Counted from the stretch's first letter, positions 25,314-32,985 are shown. The stretch: 43,526 nt of DNA from Candidatus Woesearchaeota archaeon CG10_big_fil_rev_8_21_14_0_10_32_9 (GCA_002762915.1 PCYF01000015.1:1-43526), one strand, 5' to 3'. Program-made: numbers and translations. Notes: a model not told the origin generated them from the letters alone.

Positions 25314-25880
25314 ATGTTTTATAAAATTAAAGTTAAAGACTTCATAAGAATACCACCAGAAAAATTCAAGCTTGATTTAGAAGAAGCTATGATTGTGGAG
25401 ATTAAATCTAAATACGATGGCCACATTTCTGGAGAACTTGGTACAGTTATTGATGTTTCTGGAATAGACAAAATTAATGATGGCGTAATTATCCCAGGAG
25501 ATGGTGCTAATTTCTACGAAGCTGAATTTACACTATTAACATTTTTACCAGAAATGCAAGAAGTTGTTCTTGGAACAATAAAAGATATTGCAGATTTTGG
25601 AGCATTTATCAGCATTGGTCCTGCAGAAGGAATGATTCATATAAGTCAGACAATGAATGATTTTGTAAGTTTCAACAAAGAAAAAACTCTTCTTGGTAAA
25701 GATACAAAAAGAGTTCTAAAAGTTGGAGACAAATGCAGAGCAAGAATTATTTCTATTTCTTACAAAGATCCTTCAAATCCGAAGCTTGGATTGACTATGA
25801 GACAAGATGGTCTGGGTAAAGAAGAATGGTCAAATGATCAAGCAGTACAAAAAGGAAAAAAGAAAACAAAAGAAGAATAA
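25314..25880 (+). CDS. rpo7: DNA-directed RNA polymerase subunit Rpo7 (E')
   Basis: N-terminal Rpb7-like fold (MFYKIKVKDFIRIPPEKF) plus an S1 domain (GTIKDIADFGAFISIGPAEGMIHISQ). Confidence 0.9.
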   Translation: MFYKIKVKDFIRIPPEKFKLDLEEAMIVEIKSKYDGHISGELGTVIDVSGIDKINDGVIIPGDGANFYEAEFTLLTFLPEMQEVVLGTIKDIADFGAFISIGPAEGMIHISQTMNDFVSFNKEKTLLGKDTKRVLKVGDKCRARIISISYKDPSNPKLGLTMRQDGLGKEEWSNDQAVQKGKKKTKEE

Positions 25881-25891
25881 GGTGAACAATC

Positions 25892-26086
25892 ATGGCTGTT
25901 AAAAGAGAAGTATGTAGAAAAACAAAAAAATTCCTGGATGATCCTAATTTCAAAGAGCATAAACCTGCATCAGGCACAACTACAAATTGGCAAGGTAGAA
26001 TATATGTTGTCAATCCTGAGAAATCAGCTATTGCAAAAATTATGGGACTTGAAGAAAAGGGAGAATATGCTATAAAGGTTAGATAA
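25892..26086 (+). CDS. spt4: Spt4 / RpoE'' transcription elongation factor homolog (zinc ligands missing)
   Basis: C-terminal NWQGRIYVVNPEKSAIAKIMGLEEKGEYAIKVR matches the Spt4 NGN-binding half. Conserved position after rpo7. Only one Cys in the protein. Confidence 0.7.
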   Translation: MAVKREVCRKTKKFLDDPNFKEHKPASGTTTNWQGRIYVVNPEKSAIAKIMGLEEKGEYAIKVR

Positions 26087-26088
26087 AG

Positions 26089-26406
26089 ATGGATGTAAAA
26101 ATAATATCACAGAACAAAGTTACGTTACCAAGACAAGAGCTTCTTGTCGAAGTTTCTTATGAAGAAATAACACCAAGTAGAGCTCAATTGAAACAATCAA
26201 TTGCAACAAAAGCAAAAGCCAAGGAAGGTCTTGTTATTGTAAAGTCAATCAAGAATCACTACGGAAGTAGAACTGCTCTTGTATCAACATACGTTTATGA
26301 TACTGAAGATGCAATGAAAGCTATTGAGTTTCCTAAAGTTCTTAATAAAAATGGAATTAAAAAGGAAGAACCAAAATCAGAAGAAGCTAAAGGAGCTTCT
26401 GAATAA
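26089..26406 (+). CDS. rps24e: ribosomal protein eS24
   Basis: Length, conserved order after spt4, and the HYGSRTALVSTYVYDTEDAMKAIE core. Confidence 0.85.
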   Translation: MDVKIISQNKVTLPRQELLVEVSYEEITPSRAQLKQSIATKAKAKEGLVIVKSIKNHYGSRTALVSTYVYDTEDAMKAIEFPKVLNKNGIKKEEPKSEEAKGASE

Positions 26407-26418
26407 GAGGGATAAATT

Positions 26419-26637
26419 ATGGCAGCAGCAAAAAAATCAGCAGGAAAGCCAGCAGCTAAAGGCGCAGCTGGAAAAGGCAAGAAAAAATCAAATCAAATGT
26501 CAAAAATTTACGAAGTAGGTGGAGACTCAGTAAAAAGAAAAAATAAATCATGTCCTAAATGTGGACCTGGAATTTTCATGGGCGCTCACAAAGACAGATG
26601 GTCTTGTGGTAAATGTGGATTCATGGAAAAGAAGTAA
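26419..26637 (+). CDS. rps27ae: ribosomal protein eS31 (S27ae) with a Lys/Ala-rich N-terminal extension
   Basis: Zinc ribbon [24 protein letters not shown]. Met27 (26497) is an alternative start. Confidence 0.85.
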   Translation: MAAAKKSAGKPAAKGAAGKGKKKSNQMSKIYEVGGDSVKRKNKSCPKCGPGIFMGAHKDRWSCGKCGFMEKK

Positions 26638-26640
26638 GAA

Positions 26641-27141
26641 ATGAAAGTTTATACTAAAACTGGGGATGAAGGAACAACGTCCAAATATAATGGAGAACGT
26701 GTTCCCAAAGATGATCCAATCATTATTCTAGGAAATAAAATCGATTTTTTGCTTGGAGCTCTAGATTCTAGTTTGGCTATCCTGAAAGAAGATGAACTTG
26801 TTAAACTTCTTGAAAATATTGAAAAAAAGTTGTGGCAGACTGCGGGAGAAATAAGTCTTGGAAAACCAGGAAAGAATGTGACTGATGCTGTTTCTGATTC
26901 TGATGTTGAAGCTCTTGAAGAGAATATTGATAAGTTTAATCAGAAAACTAATTTTTTTGTTAGATTCAGAAAAGAAACTAGCGTTAGATTAAACGAAGCG
27001 AGATTAAGATGTAGAGATCTTGAGATTGCACTTACTCCAAGTCTAAGAGAAACTAAAGTTAGATCAGTTGTTTACAAATACATAAACAGACTTTCAGATT
27101 TATTGTACGTTCTTGCTTGTTTTGAAGAAAAGAAAGCTTAA
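26641..27141 (+). CDS. PduO-type ATP:cob(I)alamin adenosyltransferase family protein
   Basis: N-terminal KVYTKTGDEGTTS signature. Helical bundle with C-terminal RLSDLLYVLA. Confidence 0.75.
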   Translation: MKVYTKTGDEGTTSKYNGERVPKDDPIIILGNKIDFLLGALDSSLAILKEDELVKLLENIEKKLWQTAGEISLGKPGKNVTDAVSDSDVEALEENIDKFNQKTNFFVRFRKETSVRLNEARLRCRDLEIALTPSLRETKVRSVVYKYINRLSDLLYVLACFEEKKA

Positions 27142-27488
27142 TCAGTCATTTCTTTTAATTTTTGTTTGATTAGTTTTATCTTTCTTTCAGCAATAATAAG
27201 CGGTTTTTTTCTTGATTCAAGAGACATCCAATCACTGAATACATTTGTTAAATCATTTCTTGTTGTACCAAACAAAGTGCCTAAATCTTCCGGATCACTA
27301 CTAAGTCTGTTCGGAATTATGCTTGAATCTATATTTGCATATTGAGTGTTAAGCAGAATGAAATCAGTTCGCATACTGTTTAATTTATCTTTATTTTGTT
27401 CTAAGGCGGCCTGTTTCGATAAAATATGCATGTGTTCAAGTATTTTCAGCATTTCTTGCATTACTTTCTTTTTTTGAGAATTAATCAT
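27138..27488 (-). CDS. hypothetical helical protein
   Basis: 116-aa ORF with its own TATA-like box (minus-strand tttatatata at about 27510-27519). No motif recognised. Confidence 0.4.
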   Translation of the reverse strand: MINSQKKKVMQEMLKILEHMHILSKQAALEQNKDKLNSMRTDFILLNTQYANIDSSIIPNRLSSDPEDLGTLFGTTRNDLTNVFSDWMSLESRKKPLIIAERKIKLIKQKLKEMTD

Positions 27489-27530
27489 ACATTAATAGGA
27501 ACTTAAACTATATATAAATTTACGCATTCT

Positions 27531-27611
27531 AAAAAAAAAAAAATGATTAAAAAAAAAGAAAAAGCGCCTTCACGGATTTCAAGCGTTGGGGGTTTAGAAA
27601 AAAGTGAAGGC
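27531..27611 (-). terminator. hairpin plus oligo-T 3' end signal downstream of ftsZ
   Basis: GCCTTCAC (27566-27573) pairs with GTGAAGGC (27604-27611), 35 nt past the ftsZ stop. On the minus strand it is followed by GCTTTTTCTTTTTTTTTAATCATTTTTTTTTTTTT. Confidence 0.45.
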
Positions 27612-27645
27612 AAAGAAGTAAGAAAATAAAAAATAAGTAAGATGT

Positions 27646-28689
27646 TTATCTTACTATTTCAATGCCAAGTTCTGAAGACAATTTTTGTCTTGCGGATTCA
27701 GCGTGTTTTGCTGATGGTTTGCCAAGTATCCATGGGGATTTGACTCCGGTTATGATTGTCATAACTGTTATCTTTCCTTTCATTTCATCAGATACTCTTG
27801 CTCCCCAGATGACGTTTGCATCTTCATCCATTGCTTCAGTTACTATTTCTCCTATTTTGTTAATTTCATCAAGGGTCATGTCTGTTCCACCGTGTATGTG
27901 GATGATTGCTCCGCTTGCTCCTTCGTAACTGATGTCCAATAATGGATTACTTAATGCGCCTTTAACAGCTTCTTCTACTCTGTTTGCTGTGTCTGATGCA
28001 CCTACTCCGATTGCTGCTACGTCTCCGTTTGTCATGATTGTTCTTACGTCAGCATAGTCCAAGTTTACTAAAGATGGTACTGCGATTGTTTCAACAATTC
28101 CTTTGATCATAGTTGCTACAAGTTCATTTGCTACTGCAAAAGCTTGTTGTACTGGTAGGTTTCCTGCAATTTGAACTAGTCTGTTGTTGTCTATTACAAT
28201 AACTGTATCAGATACTTTTCTTAGTTGTTGTAGTCCAAATTCTGCTTTGTCTACTCTTGCTCTTTCAATCTTGAATGGCATGGTTACTGTTCCGATTACG
28301 ATTGCGCCCATGTCTTTTGCTACTTGTGCTACGATTGGAGCGGATCCTGTTCCTGTTCCTCCTCCCATCCCTGCACATACAAATACCATGTCTGAACTTT
28401 TTAGGGACTCTTTGATTGCGCCTAGGCTTTCATTTGCTGCTTCAGCTCCTTTTTCAGGGTATCCACCGCATCCTAGTCCTCTGGTTACATCTCTTCCTAG
28501 TAGGAATTTTTTGTCAGCTTCTATTATATTTAAGTGTTGTTGATCAGTATTACACGCAATGATTTCTGCGCCTTGTACTCCTTTTAAGTACAACCAATTA
28601 GTCATGTTTGTTCCGGCTCCACCACATCCAATTACTTTGATGTTTGCGTGTCCGACTTCTACTTGTTCAAATTCTTTTCCGTATACCAT
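27646..28689 (-). CDS. ftsZ: cell division GTPase FtsZ
   Basis: Tubulin signature GGGTGTGSAPIVA, NTDQQHL, T7-loop region. ATG 28687-28689 preceded by a GGAGGGGG RBS. The track GTG 28707 is the alternative. Confidence 0.95.
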   Translation of the reverse strand: MVYGKEFEQVEVGHANIKVIGCGGAGTNMTNWLYLKGVQGAEIIACNTDQQHLNIIEADKKFLLGRDVTRGLGCGGYPEKGAEAANESLGAIKESLKSSDMVFVCAGMGGGTGTGSAPIVAQVAKDMGAIVIGTVTMPFKIERARVDKAEFGLQQLRKVSDTVIVIDNNRLVQIAGNLPVQQAFAVANELVATMIKGIVETIAVPSLVNLDYADVRTIMTNGDVAAIGVGASDTANRVEEAVKGALSNPLLDISYEGASGAIIHIHGGTDMTLDEINKIGEIVTEAMDEDANVIWGARVSDEMKGKITVMTIITGVKSPWILGKPSAKHAESARQKLSSELGIEIVR

Positions 28690-28950
28690 TTTTTTGTCCC
28701 CCTCCACTAAGGTCTGTTTTTTTGTTTTTTGAGCTTATGCCTTTCTGGCCTTGAACCAGTATAGCGGCCGTGATTGCCCTATGCACAATTTTGTTCTGAA
28801 CAGCACATATTGAAGTGCATAGTTATCACTAACAAGCCATGTATATGTGTTCGGTACCGTGTACCCTAAAGAACGACCAAACAATCCGTGAAGATTGTCA
28901 GGAATATCGCGCATTAAAGGTTTGAAAGTAAAGTTTTTACCCCCAAACTT
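28690..28950 (-). promoter_or_regulatory. long, GC-enriched, helix-rich 5' leader of ftsZ (or an unassigned structured RNA)
   Basis: No ORF of 60 aa or more on either strand. Hand-counted GC is 40-47% for 28741-28920. Several clean helices (see finding). The nearest TATA-like box on the ftsZ strand is at 28974-28986. Confidence 0.3.
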
Positions 28951-28973
28951 TTTAATATACTCTTTAGGTCACG

Positions 28974-28986
28974 TTATATATAAATA
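28974..28986 (-). promoter_or_regulatory. TATA-like box, candidate ftsZ promoter
   Basis: Minus-strand tatttatatataa. I saw no other TATA-like element between it and the ftsZ start. Confidence 0.3.
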
Positions 28987-29055
28987 TTATTGTTCTTCAA
29001 ATGTGTATACTTAAAAACATATTTTGAACAAAATAAGATTTGTAACATAAATCTC

Positions 29056-29589
29056 TTAATCCTTTGAAAATAATACAACTTTTTTGCCCGGATATAGACC
29101 CATTGAAAGCATTTGATTGTACTGTTCCTGTCCAAGTACAAGATATATTATATTAAAGGCATATTTCTCTTTAATCTCTACAGCCTTCAGTCTAATTGCA
29201 TCTTGATCTATCTTTTCTCCGACCACGAGGATGCTTGCTTTGTCTCTTTCTTCAGATCCATGCAATATAACCATGTGCACACCCAAGAGGTTTGACATGA
29301 ACTCTGAAAACTCTTGAAGAGCCGATTTCTTATCTTCAAATAAATCTGCAAACATGACAGTATTCTTTCTATTAAGATAGTAAACTTTTAGATATCTGTT
29401 TTTCTCTTCATATACCAATTCTAAGGCCTTCATTGTATTCAAAACCCGGTAAGTAGTTGCAGGAGAGACCTTAGACATTTTAGCAATTTCTCTCAAATAG
29501 AACTCTTTATCAGGGTTATTCATCAGAAGACGCAGTATTTTGACCACTTTTCTATCAAACAGCGTTTCTAATACCTTTTTTTTGTCCAC
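29056..29589 (-). CDS. wHTH transcriptional regulator with a C-terminal degenerate nucleotidyltransferase-like domain
   Basis: FYLREIAKMSKVSPATTYRVLNTMKALELV HTH. The C-terminal half has VILHGSEERDKASILVVGE (a GS motif without the full DxD). GTG start. Confidence 0.6.
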   Translation of the reverse strand: MDKKKVLETLFDRKVVKILRLLMNNPDKEFYLREIAKMSKVSPATTYRVLNTMKALELVYEEKNRYLKVYYLNRKNTVMFADLFEDKKSALQEFSEFMSNLLGVHMVILHGSEERDKASILVVGEKIDQDAIRLKAVEIKEKYAFNIIYLVLGQEQYNQMLSMGLYPGKKVVLFSKD

Positions 29590-29628
29590 GAAGCTCTATT
29601 AGCACACAAATATATAAAGTTTTCTTTT

Positions 29629-29656
29629 TTGAAACGCTGTTTCAAATTTGAAACGC
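29629..29656. promoter_or_regulatory. candidate operator: perfect 7-bp inverted repeat plus a third half-site
   Basis: TTGAAAC-GCT-GTTTCAA (29629-29645), then TTGAAACGC repeated at 29648-29656. Lies just upstream of the regulator gene's TATA-like box (29608-19), in the divergent intergenic region. Confidence 0.35.
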
Positions 29657-29741
29657 AATATTTTTACTCAATGTAATTTTCTTAAAATAAAGTGAAATAA
29701 CAAACAAAAAAGTTAAATAAATCCCCAAAGAAACTCATCCA

Positions 29742-30794
29742 ATGAATCAGCCAAGCAGTCTAGAAATAATCGTTCTAGGTTTGGAACTTTCGAAAACAAA
29801 TCTTGAACTAAGCAAAGAAGAAGCTATATTGTCTTTGAAAATATATTTTGAAGAATATTCTTTTGAGTTATATGATTCTTTGCTAATAATTAACATTCAA
29901 ACTAATCAAACAAATCTTACCCTTGAAAGTATTTCAAAACGTATTCGGAAATGGCTTGATCGGTTAGCCTTTACCAAAGCAGCATTTCAAATATTGGGCC
30001 GGGCTAAAACATCTGAAGATTTGCTTAAACAGATCATAAAAGGACAAATTTCATTTGATTCTTTCATTTCCTGGAAAAAGAAAGGAACGTTTAGAATTAC
30101 AAGTAAAAATCTTTTGCATGAAAAAAGACCGATTCAAGTAATAGATTTTGCAAAAGCAATATCCCTATATAAAGATCTAGGCAAAGTCAATCTTACCAAT
30201 CCAGATATTGATTTTACAGTTTTGAAAGGAAAAGAAGTGTGGATAGGCATAAAACTATGGTCTCAAAAAGATATGTTCGAGAATAGACGATCTCATCTTT
30301 TAGCCGCACCACACCCCACCGGAATGAGTCCGAGACTTGCAAGAGCCATGATTAACCTAGCCTGTGCAGAGAAAGAGCTTCTTGATCCTTTTTGTGGCGC
30401 AGGAGGAATTTTAATCGAAGGATCACTAATCGGACTTAATTCAATAGGCATAGACTTTAGTAAAGAGATGATTCATAGAGCGCACCTTAATACATCTCAA
30501 TTTGAAAACATAGACCTTTTTGAACAAGATGCACTTATGTGGACTAAAGAAGTGGAATGCGTAGTAACAGATGTTCCTTATGGTAAAAGCTCAAAATTAG
30601 ATCAAGATCTTAAACAATTAATCTTGAAGTTTTTGGAAGTTTATAGCAATTTAACAAATACAATTGTTCTTTGTTGTCCAAAAACTCTCAAAATAAGACA
30701 ACTACTCAAAAAAACCTCTTGGAAAGTCGAGTTTGAGTGCGACGTTTATGTTCACTCAAGTCTGACTAGAAATATAGTTTTATTAAAAAATTAA
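29742..30794 (+). CDS. trm11: THUMP-domain tRNA (guanine-N2) methyltransferase, Trm11/TrmG10-like
   Basis: SAM motif I LDPFCGAGGILIEG and motif IV VTDVPYG. N-terminal THUMP-like region. Confidence 0.8.
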   Translation: MNQPSSLEIIVLGLELSKTNLELSKEEAILSLKIYFEEYSFELYDSLLIINIQTNQTNLTLESISKRIRKWLDRLAFTKAAFQILGRAKTSEDLLKQIIKGQISFDSFISWKKKGTFRITSKNLLHEKRPIQVIDFAKAISLYKDLGKVNLTNPDIDFTVLKGKEVWIGIKLWSQKDMFENRRSHLLAAPHPTGMSPRLARAMINLACAEKELLDPFCGAGGILIEGSLIGLNSIGIDFSKEMIHRAHLNTSQFENIDLFEQDALMWTKEVECVVTDVPYGKSSKLDQDLKQLILKFLEVYSNLTNTIVLCCPKTLKIRQLLKKTSWKVEFECDVYVHSSLTRNIVLLKN

Positions 30795-30837
30795 AAAAAG
30801 AAAAGAAAAAAACGCTTGACTTAGTTCTTTGTCAAGT
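30795..30837 (-). terminator. hairpin plus oligo-T 3' end signal of the DUF378 gene
   Basis: CTTGAC (30815-30820) pairs with GTCAAG (30831-30836), with the stop codon in the 10-nt loop. On the minus strand it is followed by CGTTTTTTTCTTTTCTTTTTTTAA. Confidence 0.4.
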
Positions 30838-31015
30838 AGTATATCGTATATAATGCACTTACACCTACAAGAATATATACTATGCTGGATACAACTGATG
30901 CTGCTCCAAATATTGCATCAACTAGGTTCCATTGGAAGACTCCAATTAAAAGCCAATTCAAGCCACCTATCACTAATAGGATTAATGCAATCCAATCGAG
31001 TGTTGTTTTTTTCAT
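30821..31015 (-). CDS. DUF378-family small membrane protein
   Basis: MKKTTLDWIALILLVIGGLNWLLIGVFQWNLVDAIFG matches my memory of DUF378 (G-x-NW-x-L-x-G). ATG 31013-31015 is preceded by a GAGGTGA RBS. Confidence 0.7.
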   Translation of the reverse strand: MKKTTLDWIALILLVIGGLNWLLIGVFQWNLVDAIFGAASVVSSIVYILVGVSALYTIYYLTKN

Positions 31016-31121
31016 ATAATCACCTCTATTGACCCAATATGTTGTTGTTTTTATATTTTTTCCTTGTTTTGCGTAAGTTTTAAATAAAGCCACTACAAAT
31101 ATTCAAGCAGAGGGTGATTGT

Positions 31122-32477
31122 TTGAGCTACACATTAACATTTAATCAAGTCTATGATTCTGATGTATCTAAAGTAGGATTCAGAGCGGTTGATTTAGCAA
31201 CAGTCTATAGATCAAAACAACAAATTCCATTAAGTTTCATTGTTCCCGATCTTATTTTTGAAGAATTTATGCTTCAAAATAGATTATCCATAGAGATAAC
31301 TAGAATTTTAGGAAAAACTAACTTTGAGGATCATTCAAGTGTTAACGCAGCATATCTTGAAGTCAAAGGATTATTCAGATCTGCTAAGGTTCCTGATGAA
31401 TTTTTGGAAAATCTTGAAGAAGCATATATGGCGTTAAGTAATGATTCTGGCGATGCTCAAGAATTATTAAAAGATAAAAAATCTCCTTCCGTTAATTTAA
31501 TTGTTAGTGTTGGATACGAATTGGATGCTCAAGATTTAGATGGAGTTATTCTAAACATAAGAGGATTTGAAAATTTTATTGATGCTTTAAAGTCTTCTTG
31601 GTTGTTTTTATTTAGTCCAAAGCAACTTGAGTTCAGAAAACGAAAAGGAATAAGAGACTTTAGCGCAGGAATTATTGTTCAAAGAATGATTGATGCTGAT
31701 TCTTCTGTTGAGGCCATGTCCAAGAGTTTTATCGGAAATTTTGATATTAATCTTGAAACGTATAAAGGATTGCCAGACATACTTAGAGAATGTAGTAAGG
31801 ATTCTTATAGTTTGGCAAGAGAATATTTAACAATTGAACATCATGATTCTTCCTTACAAGAATACAAAATTGTTAAGGGGGACAAATCTGGTTTATTAGT
31901 TAAGCGTAATCTGGGAAAATTTGGTTCAGATAATAAAGTGGAAGATTCATTAGTAATTGAAAGTGCTAGACTTGTGAAGAAAATGGCAGGAATTCTTAAT
32001 AATCACTTTAAAGCATTTTTAGTTATAAAAAATAAAGAGATTTCTTTTTTCTTAGTAAATAGATTATTTGGAGATTCTTCGGTTATTTCTAAACCGTATA
32101 CTTCATCAGGATCTACGTATGAAGAAAACATTCCTGAATTAGAAAACACTAAGATTCAGCCAGAACAAGAAGTAGATTCAAGTTCTCAAAATAATTTTTC
32201 AAAATCTGCAGACAAATCTTTTTTTCTTGAAATAATTCTTGATTTGGAGCCTCAGCTTGATTCTGAGATTGTTAAAAGATACAAAGAGTCCTTCGGAGTT
32301 TATCCTCAGGACATCATTAAAGCAGTAGAAGAGCTATCCAATAAACACGGCTTACCTGAGAAAGAACACATTTATAAATTAAAAAATCTTAAAAGTATTA
32401 TTGAATCAGGACAAGAGATTAATCTTGATGAATTCATGAAGTTAACGGACTTATTGAAAGAATTCCTAGAGAGATAA
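31122..32477 (+). CDS. PPDK_N-like (PEP synthase / pyruvate phosphate dikinase nucleotide-binding domain) protein with degenerate active-site motifs
   Basis: Collinear with the E. coli PpsA N-terminal domain as I recall it. VGGKNASLGE is replaced by VGFRAVDLAT, and AVRSSATAED by IVSVGYELDAQD. TTG start with a GAGGGTGA RBS. Confidence 0.5.
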   Translation: MSYTLTFNQVYDSDVSKVGFRAVDLATVYRSKQQIPLSFIVPDLIFEEFMLQNRLSIEITRILGKTNFEDHSSVNAAYLEVKGLFRSAKVPDEFLENLEEAYMALSNDSGDAQELLKDKKSPSVNLIVSVGYELDAQDLDGVILNIRGFENFIDALKSSWLFLFSPKQLEFRKRKGIRDFSAGIIVQRMIDADSSVEAMSKSFIGNFDINLETYKGLPDILRECSKDSYSLAREYLTIEHHDSSLQEYKIVKGDKSGLLVKRNLGKFGSDNKVEDSLVIESARLVKKMAGILNNHFKAFLVIKNKEISFFLVNRLFGDSSVISKPYTSSGSTYEENIPELENTKIQPEQEVDSSSQNNFSKSADKSFFLEIILDLEPQLDSEIVKRYKESFGVYPQDIIKAVEELSNKHGLPEKEHIYKLKNLKSIIESGQEINLDEFMKLTDLLKEFLER

Positions 32478-32478
32478 G

Positions 32479-32985
32479 ATGGGCATACTAAAATTTTTTG
32501 AGAAAAAACCTAAGATCTTTGAGATTGAAGAGAGAGATATTGCCATCAATAAAGAGATTTTTAGTTTAATTACTAGAATTGAAGAAAATCTTAGTTTGTT
32601 AAAAGAATCTATTGCTAAAGGGAATATTGGCTATAAAGACGTTAAATTAGCAGAATTAGAAAATAATTTTTTATTGTTGAGATCTAAAATAGAAAATATA
32701 CGAAATGATATTGGAGATATTCTAAATATAGAAGTTACACAAAAGGAATTTATAACAATTAATGATGATGTTCACATTCAAGATAAATTGAACCGACTAG
32801 AATTAATTAGTGATGCGTTGGAAGAATTAATTCAAATTATGACTGAGCGTCCTGCTTTTGAAGAATTGAAAGGTTTGAATGACACAATTTATTCAAAAAT
32901 TAATCTTGTAATCGAAGCAATTAATTACATAATCAATGATGATCGTTATCTAGAAAATGCTTATGCTAGAATTCAGTACTTATGA
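32479..32985 (+). CDS. hypothetical coiled-coil protein
   Basis: The ATG is 1 nt after the preceding stop (coupled). K/E/I-rich heptads. No motif recognised. Confidence 0.45.
   Translation: MGILKFFEKKPKIFEIEERDIAINKEIFSLITRIEENLSLLKESIAKGNIGYKDVKLAELENNFLLLRSKIENIRNDIGDILNIEVTQKEFITINDDVHIQDKLNRLELISDALEELIQIMTERPAFEELKGLNDTIYSKINLVIEAINYIINDDRYLENAYARIQYL

Noticed and set aside
28745-28759. T-arm-like element on the minus strand (CTGG-TTCAAGG-CCAG, with the loop fitting the TTCRA pattern) suggesting a tRNA.
   Set aside because: No complementary acceptor 5' strand, D-arm or anticodon arm could be placed at tRNA distances upstream.
28796-28806. The 11-mer CTGAACAGCAC is shared by the ftsZ leader (28796-28806) and the intergenic region at 39703-39713.
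   Set aside because: By rough calculation, about ten exact 11-mer matches among the intergenic sequences of this window are expected by chance. The flanks are unrelated.
28708-28960. Identity of the GC-enriched region as SRP (7S) RNA or RNase P RNA.
   Set aside because: I could not find the conserved SRP helix-8 GGAA/GNAR context, or the RNase P CR-I GAGGAAAGUCC and CR-V ACAGAA..GGCUUA strings. GGCCAGAAAGGCATAAGC is only a loose resemblance. I left the region as an unassigned leader/RNA pending an Infernal search.
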